A stretch of DNA of 64,000 nucleotides. It comes from Utricularia gibba. Taxonomy: Eukaryota > Plantae > Magnoliophyta. Positions 1 to 11,510 of this stretch are shown one piece after another. The stretch spans positions 1-64,000 of the forward strand of contig NEEC01000149.1 in the NCBI GenBank assembly GCA_002189035.1. The letters are read 5' to 3'. The notes beneath the pieces were generated by a model. It was not told where the DNA came from and searched no databases. It was given only the letters and a program-made list of their open reading frames with translations. How positions within the stretch are numbered: position 1 is the first letter of the stretch; every line of letters starts with the position of its first letter. The position numbers and the translations under genes were made by a program.

Positions 1-219
1 AGTTGTAGCCCGGCAAATAAAGTGATGTATTTATTAACGTTCAGTTTTCGGGGCTGCCTACATGGTTTTCAAGGAACAGCTTCTCGTTTTGTGGCGGCCA
101 GTCTCGCTGGGAACTTGGTCCTTGACCCCGATTATGTATGGCTCATGAGGTCAACCGGATGCAAATCGATGAATACAATGATGCATTTGTTTAAATTACG
201 ATATCACGTGCACCCTACA

Positions 220-2095
220 TGATTTTTTCAACACTTACTTTATACTTGAGGAGGCGGTCTTGGGGGGCAAGAGGAACCGGACAAAGGTCAGCTTAGGCTT
301 GGGCCGAAAGTAAGTTGTAGCCCGGCAAAAAGTGATGTATTTATTAACGTTCGGTTTTCGGGGGCTGCCTACATGGTTTTTCAAGGAACATCTTCTCGTT
401 TTTGGCGGCTAGTCTCGTTGGGAACTGGTCCTTGACCCCGATTCTGTATGGCTCATGGGGTCAACCGGATGCAAATCGATGAAAAAAAATGATGCATTTG
501 TTTAAATTACGATATCACGTGCACCCTACATGATTTTTTCAACAACTTACTTTATACTTGAGGAGGTGGTCTTGGGGGGCAAGAGGAACCGGACAAAGGT
601 CAGCATAGGCTTTGGCCGAAAGTAAGTTGTAGCCGGCAAAGAAAAGTGATGTATTTATTAACGTTCGGTTTTCGGGGTTGCCTACATGGTTTTTAAAGGA
701 ACAGCTTCTCGTTTTGTGGCGGCCTGTCTCGCAAGGAACTTGGTCCGGGCCCCTGATTCTTTATGGCTCATGAGGACAAAAGGATGCAAATCGATGAAAA
801 AATGATGCATTTGTTTAAATTACGATATCACGTGCACCCTACATGATTTTTTCAACAACTTACTTTATACTTGAGGAGGTGGTCTTGGGGGGCAAGAGGA
901 ACCGGACAAAGGTCAGCTAGGCTTTGGCCGAAAGTAAGTTGTAGCCCGGCAAAGAAAAGTGATGTATTTATTAAGGTTCGGTTTTTCGGGGTTGCCAACA
1001 TGGTTTTTAAAGGAACAGCTTCTCGTTTTGTGGCGGCCTGTATCGCAAGGAACTTGGTCCGGGCCCCTGATTCTTTATGGCTCATGAGGACAAAAGGATG
1101 CAAATCGATGAAGAAAAATGATGCATTTGTTTAAATTACGATATCACGTGCACCCTACATGATTTTTTTAACAACTTACTTTATACTTGAGGAGGCGGTC
1201 TTGGGGGGCAAGAGGAACCGGACAAAGGTAAGCTTAGGCTTGGGCGAAAAGTAAGTTGTAGCCCGGCAAATAAAGTGATATTTATTAACGTTCAGTTTTC
1301 GGGGGCTGCCTACATGGTTTTTCAAGGAACAGCTTCTCGTTTTGTGGCGGCCAGTCTCGCTGGGAACTTGGTCCTTGACCCCGATTATGTATGGCTCATG
1401 AGGTCAACCGGATGCAAATCGATTAAAAAATGATGCCTTTGTTTAAATTACGATATCACGTGCACCCCACATGATTTTTTCAACAAATTACTTTATACTT
1501 GAGGAGGCGGTCTTGGGGTGCAAGAACGGGACAAAGGTCAGGTTTTGCTTGCACCGAGAGTTAGTTGTAGCCCGGCAAATAAAGTGATGTATTTATTAAC
1601 GTTCAGTTTTCGGGGGCTGCCTACATGGTTTTTCAGGAACAGCTTCTCGTTTTGTGGCGGCCAGTCTCGCTGGGAACTTGGTCCTTGACCCCGATTATGT
1701 ATGCTCATGAGGTCAACCGGATGCAAATCGATGAATACAATGATGCATTTGTTTAAATTACGATATCACGTGCACCCCACATGATTTTTTCAACAACTTA
1801 CTTTATACTTGTGGAGGCGGTCTTGGGGTGCACCTGGAACGCGACAAAGGTCAGGTTTGGCTTGGCCGAGAGTAGTTGTAACCGGCAAATAAAGTGATGT
1901 ATTTATTAACGTTCAGTTTTCGGGGGCTGCCTACATGGTTTTTCAAGGAACAGCTTCTCGTTTTTTGTGGCGGCCAGTCTCGCTGGGAACTTGGTCCTTG
2001 ACCCCGATTATGTATGGCTCGTGAGGTCAACCGGATGCAATTCGATGAATACAATAATGCATTTGTTTAAATTACGATATCACGTGCACCCTACA
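220..2095 (+). repeat. Variant 6-monomer HOR unit (A-B-B-C-D-E)
   Basis: Two consecutive B-type monomers (531-843 and 844-1159; both carry gaggtgg, ggcaaagaaaag, gcaaggaac, ccgggcccctg, gacaaaagg) lie between A (220-530) and C (1160-1471). Several monomers carry alleles of their neighbours. Confidence 0.75.
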
Positions 2096-5000
2096 TGATT
2101 TTTTCAACAACTTACTTTATTGAGGAGGCGGTCTTGGGGGGCAAGAGGAACCGGACAAAGGTCAGCTTAGGCTTGGGCCGAAAGTAAGTTGTAGCCCGTC
2201 AAAATGTGATGTATTTATTAACGTTCGGTTTTCGGGGGCTGCCTACATGGTTTTTCAAGGAACATCTTCTCGTTTTTGGCGGCTAGTCTCGTTGGGAACC
2301 TGGTCCTTGACCCCGATTCTGTATGGCTCATGGGGTCAACCGGATGCAAATCGATGAAAAAATGATGCATTTGTTTAAATTACGATATCACGTGCACCCT
2401 ACATGATTTTTTCAACAACTTACTTTATACTTGAGGAGGTGGTCTTGGGGGCAAGAGGAACCGGACAAAGGTCAGCATAGGCTTTGGCCGAAAGTAAGTT
2501 GTAGCCCGGCAAAGAAAAGTGATGTATTTATTAAGTTCGGTTTTCGGGGTTGCCAACATGGTTTTTAAAGGAACAGCTTCTCGTTTTGTGGCGGCCTGTA
2601 TCGCAAGGAACTTGGTCCGGGCCCCTGATTCTTTATGGCTCATGAGGACAAAAGGATGCAAATCGATGAAGAAAATGATGCATTTGTTTAAATTACGATA
2701 TCACGTGCACCCTACATGATTTTTTAACAACTTACTTTATAATTGAGGAGGCGGTCTTGGGGGGCAAGAGGAACCGGACAAAGGTAAGCTTAGGCTTGGG
2801 CCGAAAGTAAGTTGTAGCCTGGCAAATAAAGTGATAAATTTATTAAAGTTCAGTTTTCGGGGGCTGCCTACATGGTTTTCAAGGAACAGCTTCTCGTTTT
2901 GTGGCGGCCAGTCTCGCTGGGAACTTGGTCCTTGACCCCGATTATGTATGGCTCGTGAGGTCAACCGGATGCAAATCGATTAAAAAAAATGATGCCTTTG
3001 TTTAAATTACGATATCACGTGCACCCCACATGATTTTTTCAACAAATTACTTTATACTTAGGGAGGCGGTCTTGGGGTGCACCTAGAACGGACAAAGGTC
3101 AGGTTTTGCTTGCACCGAGAGTTAGTTGTAGCCCGGCAAATAAAGTGATGTATTTATTAACGTTCAGTTTTCGGGGGCTGCCTACATGGTTTTTCGAGGA
3201 ACAGCTTCTCGTTTTGTGGCGGCCAGTCTCGCTGGGAACTTGGTCCTTGACCCCGATTATGTATTGCTCATGAGGTCAACCGGATGCAAATCGATGAATA
3301 CAATGATGCATTTGTTTAATTACGATATGACGTGCACCCACATGATTTTTTCAACAACTTGCTTTATACTTGTGGAGGCGGTCTTGGGGTGCACCTGGAA
3401 CGCGACAAAGGTCAGGTTTGGCTTGCGCCGAGAGTTAGTTGTAACACGGCAAATAAAGTGATATATTTATTAACGTTCAGTTTTCGGGGGCTGCCTACAT
3501 GGTTTTTCAAGGAACAGCTTCTCGTTTTTGTGGCGGCCAGTCTCGCTGGGAACTTGGTCCTTGACCCCGATTATGTATGGCTCATGAGGTCAACCGGATG
3601 CAATTCGATGAATACAATAATGCATTTGTTTAAATTACGATATCACGTGCACCCTACATGATTTTTTCAACAACTTACTTTATACTTGAGGAGGCGGTCT
3701 TGGGGGGCAAGAGGAACCGGACAAAGGTCAGCTTAGGCTTGGGCCGAAAGTAAGTTGTAGCCCGGCAAGGAATGTGATGTATTTATTAACGTTCGGTTTT
3801 CGGGGCTGCCTACATGGTTTTTCAAGGAACATCTTCTCGTTTTTGGCGCTAGTCTCGTTGGGAACTGGTCTTGACCCGATTCTGTATGGCTCATGGGTCA
3901 ACCGGATGCAAATCGATGAAAAAATGATGCATTTGTTTAAATTACGATATCACGTGCACCCTACATGATTTTTTCAACAACTTACTTTATACTTGAGGAG
4001 GTGGTCTTGGGGGGCAAGAGGAACCGGACAAAGGTCAGCATAGGCTTGGCCGAAAGTAAGTTGTAGCCCGGCAAAGAAAAGTGATGTATTTATTAAGGTT
4101 CGGTTTTCGGGGTTGCCAACATGGTTTTTAAGGAACAGCTTCTCGTTTTGTGGCGGCCTGTATCGCAAGGAACTTGGTCCGGGCCCCTGATTCTTTATGG
4201 CTCATGAGGACAAAAGGATGCAAATCGATGAAGAAAATGATGCATTTGTTTAAATTACGATATCACGTGCACCCTACATGATTTTTTTAACAACTTACTT
4301 TATAATTGAGGAGGCGGTCTTGGGGGCAAGAGGAACCGGACAAAGGTAAGCTTAGGCTTGGGCCGAAAGTAAGTTGTAGCCTGGCAAATAAAGTGATAAA
4401 TTTATTAAAGTTCAGTTTTCGGGGGCTGCCTACATGGTTTTCAAGGAACAGCTTCTCGTTTTGTGGCGGCCAGTCTCGCTGGGAACTTGGTCCTTGACCC
4501 CGATTATGTATGGCTCGTGAGGTCAACCGGATGCAAATCGATTAAAAAAAATGATGCCTTTGTTTAAATTACGATATCACGTGCACCCACATGATTTTTT
4601 CAACAAATTACTTTATACTTAGGGAGGCGGTCTTGGGGTGCACCTAGAACGGGACAAAGGTCAGGTTTGCTTGCACCGAGAGTTAGTTGTAGCCCGGCAA
4701 ATAAAGTGATGTATTTATTAACGTTCAGTTTTCGGGGGCTGCCTACATGGTTTTTCGAGGAACAGCTTCTCGTTTTGTGGCGGCCAGTCTCGCTGGGAAC
4801 TTGGTCCTTGACCCCGATTATGTATTGCTCATGAGGTCAACCGGATGCAAATCGATGAATACAATGATGCATTTGTTTAATTACGATATGACGTGCACCC
4901 ACATGATTTTTTCAACAACTTGCTTTATACTTGTGGAGGCGGTCTTGGGGTGCACCTGGAACGCGACAAAGGTCAGGTTTGGCTTGCGCCGAGAGTTAGT

Positions 5001-8000
5001 TGTAACACGGCAAATAAAGTGATATATTTATTAACGTTCAGTTTTCGGGGGCTGCCTACATGGTTTTTCAAGGAACAGCTTCTTGTTTTGTGGCGGCCAG
5101 TCTCGCTGGGAACTTGGTCCTTGACCCCGATTATGTATGGCTCGTGAGGTCAACCGGATGCAATTCGATGAATACAATAATGCATTTGTTTAAATTACGA
5201 TATCACGTGCACCCTACATGATTTTTTCAACAACTTACTTTATACTTGAGGAGGCGGTCTTGGGGGGCAAGAGGAACCGGACAAAGGTCAGCTTAGGCTT
5301 GGGCCGAAAGTAAGTTGTAGCCCGTCAAGGAATGTGATGTATTTATTAACGTTCGGTTTTCGGGGGCTGCCTACATGGTTTTTCAAGGAACATCTTCTCG
5401 ATTTTTGGCGGCTAGTCTCGTTGGGAACCTGGTCCTTGACCCCGATTCTGTATGGCTCATGGGGTCAACCGGATGCAAATCGATGAAAAAAATGATGCAT
5501 TTGTTTAAATTACGATATCACGTGCACCCTACATGATTTTTTCAACAACTTACTTTATACTTGAGGAGGTGGTCTTGGGGGGCAAGAGGAACCGGACAAA
5601 GGTCAGCATAGGCTTTGGCCGAAAGTAAGTTGTAGCCCGGCAAAGAAAAGTGATGTATTTATTAAGGTTCGGTTTTCGGGGTTGCAACATGGTTTTTAAA
5701 GGAACAGCTTCTCGTTTTGTGGCGGCCTGTATCGCAAGGAACTTGGTCCGGGCCCCTGATTCTTTATGGCTCATGAGGACAAAAGGATGCAAATCGATGA
5801 AGAAAATGATGCATTTGTTTAAATTACGATATCACGTGCACCCTACATGATTTTTTTAACAACTTACTTTATAATTGAGGAGGCGGTCTTGGGGGGCAAG
5901 AGGAACCGGACAAAGGTAAGCTTAGGCTTGGGCCGAAAGTAAGTTGTAGCCTGGCAAATAAAGTGATAAATTTATTAAAGTTCAGTTTTCGGGGGCTGCC
6001 TACATGGTTTTCAAGGAACAGCTTCTCGTTTTGTGGCGGCCAGTCTCGCTGGGAACTTGGTCCTTGACCCCGATTATGTATGGCTCGTGAGGTCAACCGG
6101 ATGCAAATCGATTAAAAAAATGATGCCTTTGTTTAAATTACGATATCACGTGCACCCCACATGATTTTTTCAACAAATTACTTTATACTTAGGGAGGCGG
6201 TCTTGGGGTGCACCTAGAACGGGACAAAGGTCAGGTTTTGCTTGCACCGAGAGTTAGTTGTAGCCCGGCAAATAAAGTGATGTATTTATTAACGTTCAGT
6301 TTTCGGGGGCTGCCTACATGGTTTTTCGAGGAACAGCTTCTCGTTTTGTGGCGGCCAGTCTCGCTGGGAACTTGGTCCTTGACCCCGATTATGTATTGCT
6401 CATGAGGTCAACCGGATGCAAATCGATGAATACAATGATGCATTTGTTTATATTACGATATCACGTGCACCCACATGATTTTTTCAACAACTTGCTTTAT
6501 ACTTGTGGAGGCGGTCTTGGGGTGCACCTGGAACGCGACAAAGGTCAGGTTTGGCTTGCGCCGAGAGTTAGTTGTAACACGGCAAATAAAGTGATATATT
6601 TATTAACGTTCAGTTTTCGGGGCTGCCTACATGGTTTTTCAAGGAACAGCTTCTTGTTTTTGTGGCGGCCAGTCTCGCTGGGAACTTGGTCCTTGACCCC
6701 GATTATGTATGGCTCGTGAGGTCAACCGGATGCAATTCGATGAATACAATAATGCATTTGTTTAAATTACGATATCACGTGCACCCTACATGATTTTTTC
6801 AACAACTTACTTTATACTTGAGGAGGCGGTCTTGGGGGGCAAGAGGAACCGGACAAAGGTCAGCTTAGGCTTGGGCCGAAAGTAAGTTGTAGCCCGTCAA
6901 GGAATGTGATGTATTTATTAACGTTCGGTTTTCGGGGCTGCCTACATGGTTTTTCAAGGAACATCTTCTCGATTTTTGGCGGCTAGTCTCGTTGGGAACC
7001 TGGTCCTTGACCCCGATTCTGTATGGCTCATGGGGTCAACCGGATGCAAATCGATGAAAAAAATGATGCATTTGTTTAAATTACGATATCACGTGCACCC
7101 TACATGATTTTTTCAACAACTTACTTTATACTTGAGGAGGTGGTCTTGGGGGGCAAGAGGAACCGGACAAAGGTCAGCATAGGCTTTGGCCGAAAGTAAG
7201 TTGTAGCCCGGCAAAGAAAAGTGATGTATTTATTAAGGTTCGGTTTTCGGGGTTGCCAACATGGTTTTTAAAGGAACAGCTTCTCGTTTTGTGGCGGCCT
7301 GTATCGCAAGGAACTTGGTCCGGGCCCCTGATTCTTTATGGCTCATGAGGACAAAAGGATGCAAATCGATGAAGAAAATGATGCATTTGTTTAAATTACG
7401 ATATCACGTGCACCCTACATGATTTTTTTAACAACTTACTTTATAATTGAGGAGGCGGTCTTGGGGGCAAGAGGAACCGGACAAAGGTAAGCTTAGGCTT
7501 GGGCCGAAAGTAAGTTGTAGCCTGGCAAATAAAGTGATAAATTTATTAAAGTTCAGTTTTCGGGGCTGCCTACATGGTTTTCAAGGAACAGCTTCTCGTT
7601 TTGTGGCGGCCAGTCTCGCTGGGAACTTGGTCCTTGACCCCGATTATGTATGGCTCGTGAGGTCAACCGGATGCAAATCGATTAAAAAAAATGATGCCTT
7701 TGTTTAAATTACGATATCACGTGCACCCCACATGATTTTTTCAACAAATTACTTTATACTTAGGGAGGCGGTCTTGGGGTGCACCTAGAACGGGACAAAG
7801 GTCAGGTTTTGCTTGCACCGAGAGTTAGTTGTAGCCCGGCAAATAAAGTGATGTATTTATTAACGTTCAGTTTTCGGGGGCTGCCTACATGGTTTTTCGA
7901 GGAACAGCTTCTCGTTTTGTGGCGGCCAGTCTCGCTGGGAACTTGGTCCTTGACCCCGATTATGTATTGCTCATGAGGTCAACCGGATGCAAATCGATGA

Positions 8001-9936
8001 ATACAATGATGCATTTGTTTATATTACGATATGACGTGCACCCCACATGATTTTTTCAACAACTTGCTTTATACTTGTGGAGGCGGTCTTGGGGTGCACC
8101 TGGAACGCGACAAAGGTCAGGTTTGGCTTGCGCCGAGAGTTAGTTGTAACACGGCAAATAAAGTGATATATTTATTAACGTTCAGTTTTCGGGGGCTGCC
8201 TACATGGTTTTTCAAGGAACAGCTTCTTGTTTTTGTGGCGGCCAGTCTCGCTGGGAACTTGGTCCTTGACCCCGATTATGTATGGCTCGTGAGGTCAACC
8301 GGATGCAATTCGATGAATACAATAATGCATTTGTTTAAATTACGATATCACGTGCACCCTACATGATTTTTTCAACAACTTACTTTATACTTGAGGAGGC
8401 GGTCTTGGGGGCAAGAGGAACCGGACAAAGGTCAGCTTAGGCTTGGGCCGAAAGTAAGTTGTAGCCCGTCAAGGAATGTGATGTATTTATTAACGTTCGG
8501 TTTTCGGGGGCTGCCTACATGGTTTTTCAAGGAACATCTTCTCGATTTTTGGCGGCTAGTCTCGTTGGGAACCTGGTCCTTGACCCCGATTCTGTATGGC
8601 TCATGGGGTCAACCGGATGCAAATCGATGAAAAAAATGATGCATTTGTTTAAATTACGATATCACGTGCACCCTACATGATTTTTTCAACAACTTACTTT
8701 ATACTTGAGGAGGTGGTCTTGGGGGGCAAGAGGAACCGGACAAAGGTCAGCATAGGCTTTGGCCGAAAGTAAGTTGTAGCCCGGCAAAGAAAAGTGATGT
8801 ATTTATTAAGGTTCGGTTTTCGGGGTTGCCAACATGGTTTTTAAAGGAACAGCTTCTCGTTTTGTGGCGGCCTGTATCGCAAGGAACTTGGTCCGGGCCC
8901 CTGATTCTTTATGGCTCATGAGGACAAAAGGATGCAAATCGATGAAGAAAATGATGCATTTGTTTAAATTACGATATCACGTGCACCCTACATGATTTTT
9001 TTAACAACTTACTTTATAATTGAGGAGGCGGTCTTGGGGGCAAGAGGAACCGGACAAAGGTAAGCTTAGGCTTGGGCCGAAAGTAAGTTGTAGCCTGGCA
9101 AATAAAGTGATAAATTTATTAAAGTTCAGTTTTCGGGGCTGCCTACATGGTTTTCAAGGAACAGCTTCTCGTTTTGTGGCGGCCAGTCTCGCTGGGAACT
9201 TGGTCCTTGACCCCGATTATGTATGGCTCGTGAGGTCAACCGGATGCAAATCGATTAAAAAAAATGATGCCTTTGTTTAAATTACGATATCACGTGCACC
9301 CCACATGATTTTTTCAACAAATTACTTTATACTTAGGGAGGCGGTCTTGGGGTGCACCTAGAACGGGACAAAGGTCAGGTTTTGCTTGCACCGAGAGTTA
9401 GTTGTAGCCCGGCAAATAAAGTGATGTATTTATTAACGTTCAGTTTTCGGGGGCTGCCTACATGGTTTTTCGAGGAACAGCTTCTCGTTTTGTGGCGGCC
9501 AGTCTCGCTGGGAACTTGGTCCTTGACCCCGATTATGTATTGCTCATGAGGTCAACCGGATGCAAATCGATGAATACAATGATGCATTTGTTTATATTAC
9601 GATATGACGTGCACCCCACATGATTTTTTCAACAACTTGCTTTATACTTGTGGAGGCGGTCTTGGGGTGCACCTGGAACGCGACAAAGGTCAGGTTTGGC
9701 TTGCGCCGAGAGTTAGTTGTAACACGGCAAATAAAGTGATATATTTATTAACGTTCAGTTTTCGGGGGCTGCCTACATGGTTTTTCAAGGAACAGCTTCT
9801 TGTTTTTGTGGCGGCCAGTCTCGCTGGGAACTTGGTCCTTGACCCCGATTATGTATGGCTCGTGAGGTCAACCGGATGCAATTCGATGAATACAATAATG
9901 CATTTGTTTAAATTACGATATCACGTGCACCCTACA

Positions 9937-10251
9937 TGATTTTTTCAACAACTTACTTTATACTTGAGGAGGCGGTCTTGGGGGGCAAGAGGAACCGGAC
10001 AAAGGTCAGCTTAGGCTTGGGCCGAAAGTAAGTTGTAGCCCGTCAAGGAATGTGATGTATTTATTAACGTTCGGTTTTCGGGGGCTGCCTACATGGTTTT
10101 TCAAGGAACATCTTCTCGATTTTTGGCGGCTAGTCTCGTTGGGAACCTGGTCCTTGACCCCGATTCTGTATGGCTCATGGGGTCAACCGGATGCAAATCG
10201 ATGAAAAAAATGATGCATTTGTTTAAATTACGATATCACGTGCACCCTACA
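9937..10251 (+). repeat. Exemplar HOR monomer A
   Basis: Markers: ggggggcaagagg, cagcttaggcttggg, cccgtcaaggaatgtg, aacatcttctcgatt, gctagtctcgttggg, catggggtc. Confidence 0.9.
9948..10036. other. Perfect 12-bp inverted repeat acaacttacttt / aaagtaagttgt (65-nt spacer), present in A, B and C monomers
   Basis: Arms at 9948-9959 and 10025-10036 are exact reverse complements. In D, E and M the right arm is agagttagttgt. Confidence 0.85.
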
Positions 10252-10566
10252 TGATTTTTTCAACAACTTACTTTATACTTGAGGAGGTGGTCTTGGGGGG
10301 CAAGAGGAACCGGACAAAGGTCAGCATAGGCTTTGGCCGAAAGTAAGTTGTAGCCCGGCAAAGAAAAGTGATGTATTTATTAAGGTTCGGTTTTCGGGGT
10401 TGCCAACATGGTTTTTAAAGGAACAGCTTCTCGTTTTGTGGCGGCCTGTATCGCAAGGAACTTGGTCCGGGCCCCTGATTCTTTATGGCTCATGAGGACA
10501 AAAGGATGCAAATCGATGAAGAAAATGATGCATTTGTTTAAATTACGATATCACGTGCACCCTACA
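10252..10566 (+). repeat. Exemplar HOR monomer B
   Basis: Markers: gaggtggtc, cagcataggctttgg, ggcaaagaaaag, ggttgccaac, cctgtatcgcaagg, ccgggcccctg (ApaI site), gacaaaagg, gatgaagaaa. Confidence 0.9.
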
Positions 10567-10879
10567 TGATTTTTTTAACAACTTACTTTATAATTGAGGA
10601 GGCGGTCTTGGGGGCAAGAGGAACCGGACAAAGGTAAGCTTAGGCTTGGGCCGAAAGTAAGTTGTAGCCTGGCAAATAAAGTGATAAATTTATTAAAGTT
10701 CAGTTTTCGGGGGCTGCCTACATGGTTTTCAAGGAACAGCTTCTCGTTTTGTGGCGGCCAGTCTCGCTGGGAACTTGGTCCTTGACCCCGATTATGTATG
10801 GCTCGTGAGGTCAACCGGATGCAAATCGATTAAAAAAATGATGCCTTTGTTTAAATTACGATATCACGTGCACCCCACA
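10567..10879 (+). repeat. Exemplar HOR monomer C
   Basis: Markers: ttataattgagg, ggtaagcttagg (HindIII site), cctggcaaat, gtgataaatttattaaag, ggctcgtgagg, gattaaaaaaatgatgcc. Confidence 0.9.
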
Positions 10880-11194
10880 TGATTTTTTCAACAAATTACT
10901 TTATACTTAGGGAGGCGGTCTTGGGGTGCACCTAGAACGGGACAAAGGTCAGGTTTTGCTTGCACCGAGAGTTAGTTGTAGCCCGGCAAATAAAGTGATG
11001 TATTTATTAACGTTCAGTTTTCGGGGGCTGCCTACATGGTTTTTCGAGGAACAGCTTCTCGTTTTGTGGCGGCCAGTCTCGCTGGGAACTTGGTCCTTGA
11101 CCCCGATTATGTATTGCTCATGAGGTCAACCGGATGCAAATCGATGAATACAATGATGCATTTGTTTATATTACGATATGACGTGCACCCCACA
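10880..11194 (+). repeat. Exemplar HOR monomer D
   Basis: Markers: caacaaattact, cttagggagg, ggggtgcacctag, ggttttgcttgcacc, tttcgaggaac, tatgtattgc, gatgaatacaatg, tatattacgatatgacgtg. Confidence 0.9.
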
Positions 11195-11510
11195 TGATTT
11201 TTTCAACAACTTGCTTTATACTTGTGGAGGCGGTCTTGGGGTGCACCTGGAACGCGACAAAGGTCAGGTTTGGCTTGCGCCGAGAGTTAGTTGTAACACG
11301 GCAAATAAAGTGATATATTTATTAACGTTCAGTTTTCGGGGGCTGCCTACATGGTTTTTCAAGGAACAGCTTCTTGTTTTTGTGGCGGCCAGTCTCGCTG
11401 GGAACTTGGTCCTTGACCCCGATTATGTATGGCTCGTGAGGTCAACCGGATGCAATTCGATGAATACAATAATGCATTTGTTTAAATTACGATATCACGT
11501 GCACCCTACA
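11195..11510 (+). repeat. Exemplar HOR monomer E
   Basis: Markers: caacttgcttt, cttgtggagg, cacctggaacgcgac, taacacggc, gtgatatattt, cttcttgttttt, caattcgatgaatacaataatgc. Confidence 0.9.

Noticed and set aside
10134-10150. CENP-B-box-like tctcgttgggaacctgg in monomer A (11/17 to CTTCGTTGGAAACGGGA); also ttcggttttcggg
   Set aside because: Four essential positions of TTCGnnnnAnnCGGG are broken in the first. The spacing is 5 rather than 7 in the second.
10905-10915. Telomere hexamer ttaggg in monomer D
   Set aside because: Single occurrence per HOR, never tandem; expected by chance.
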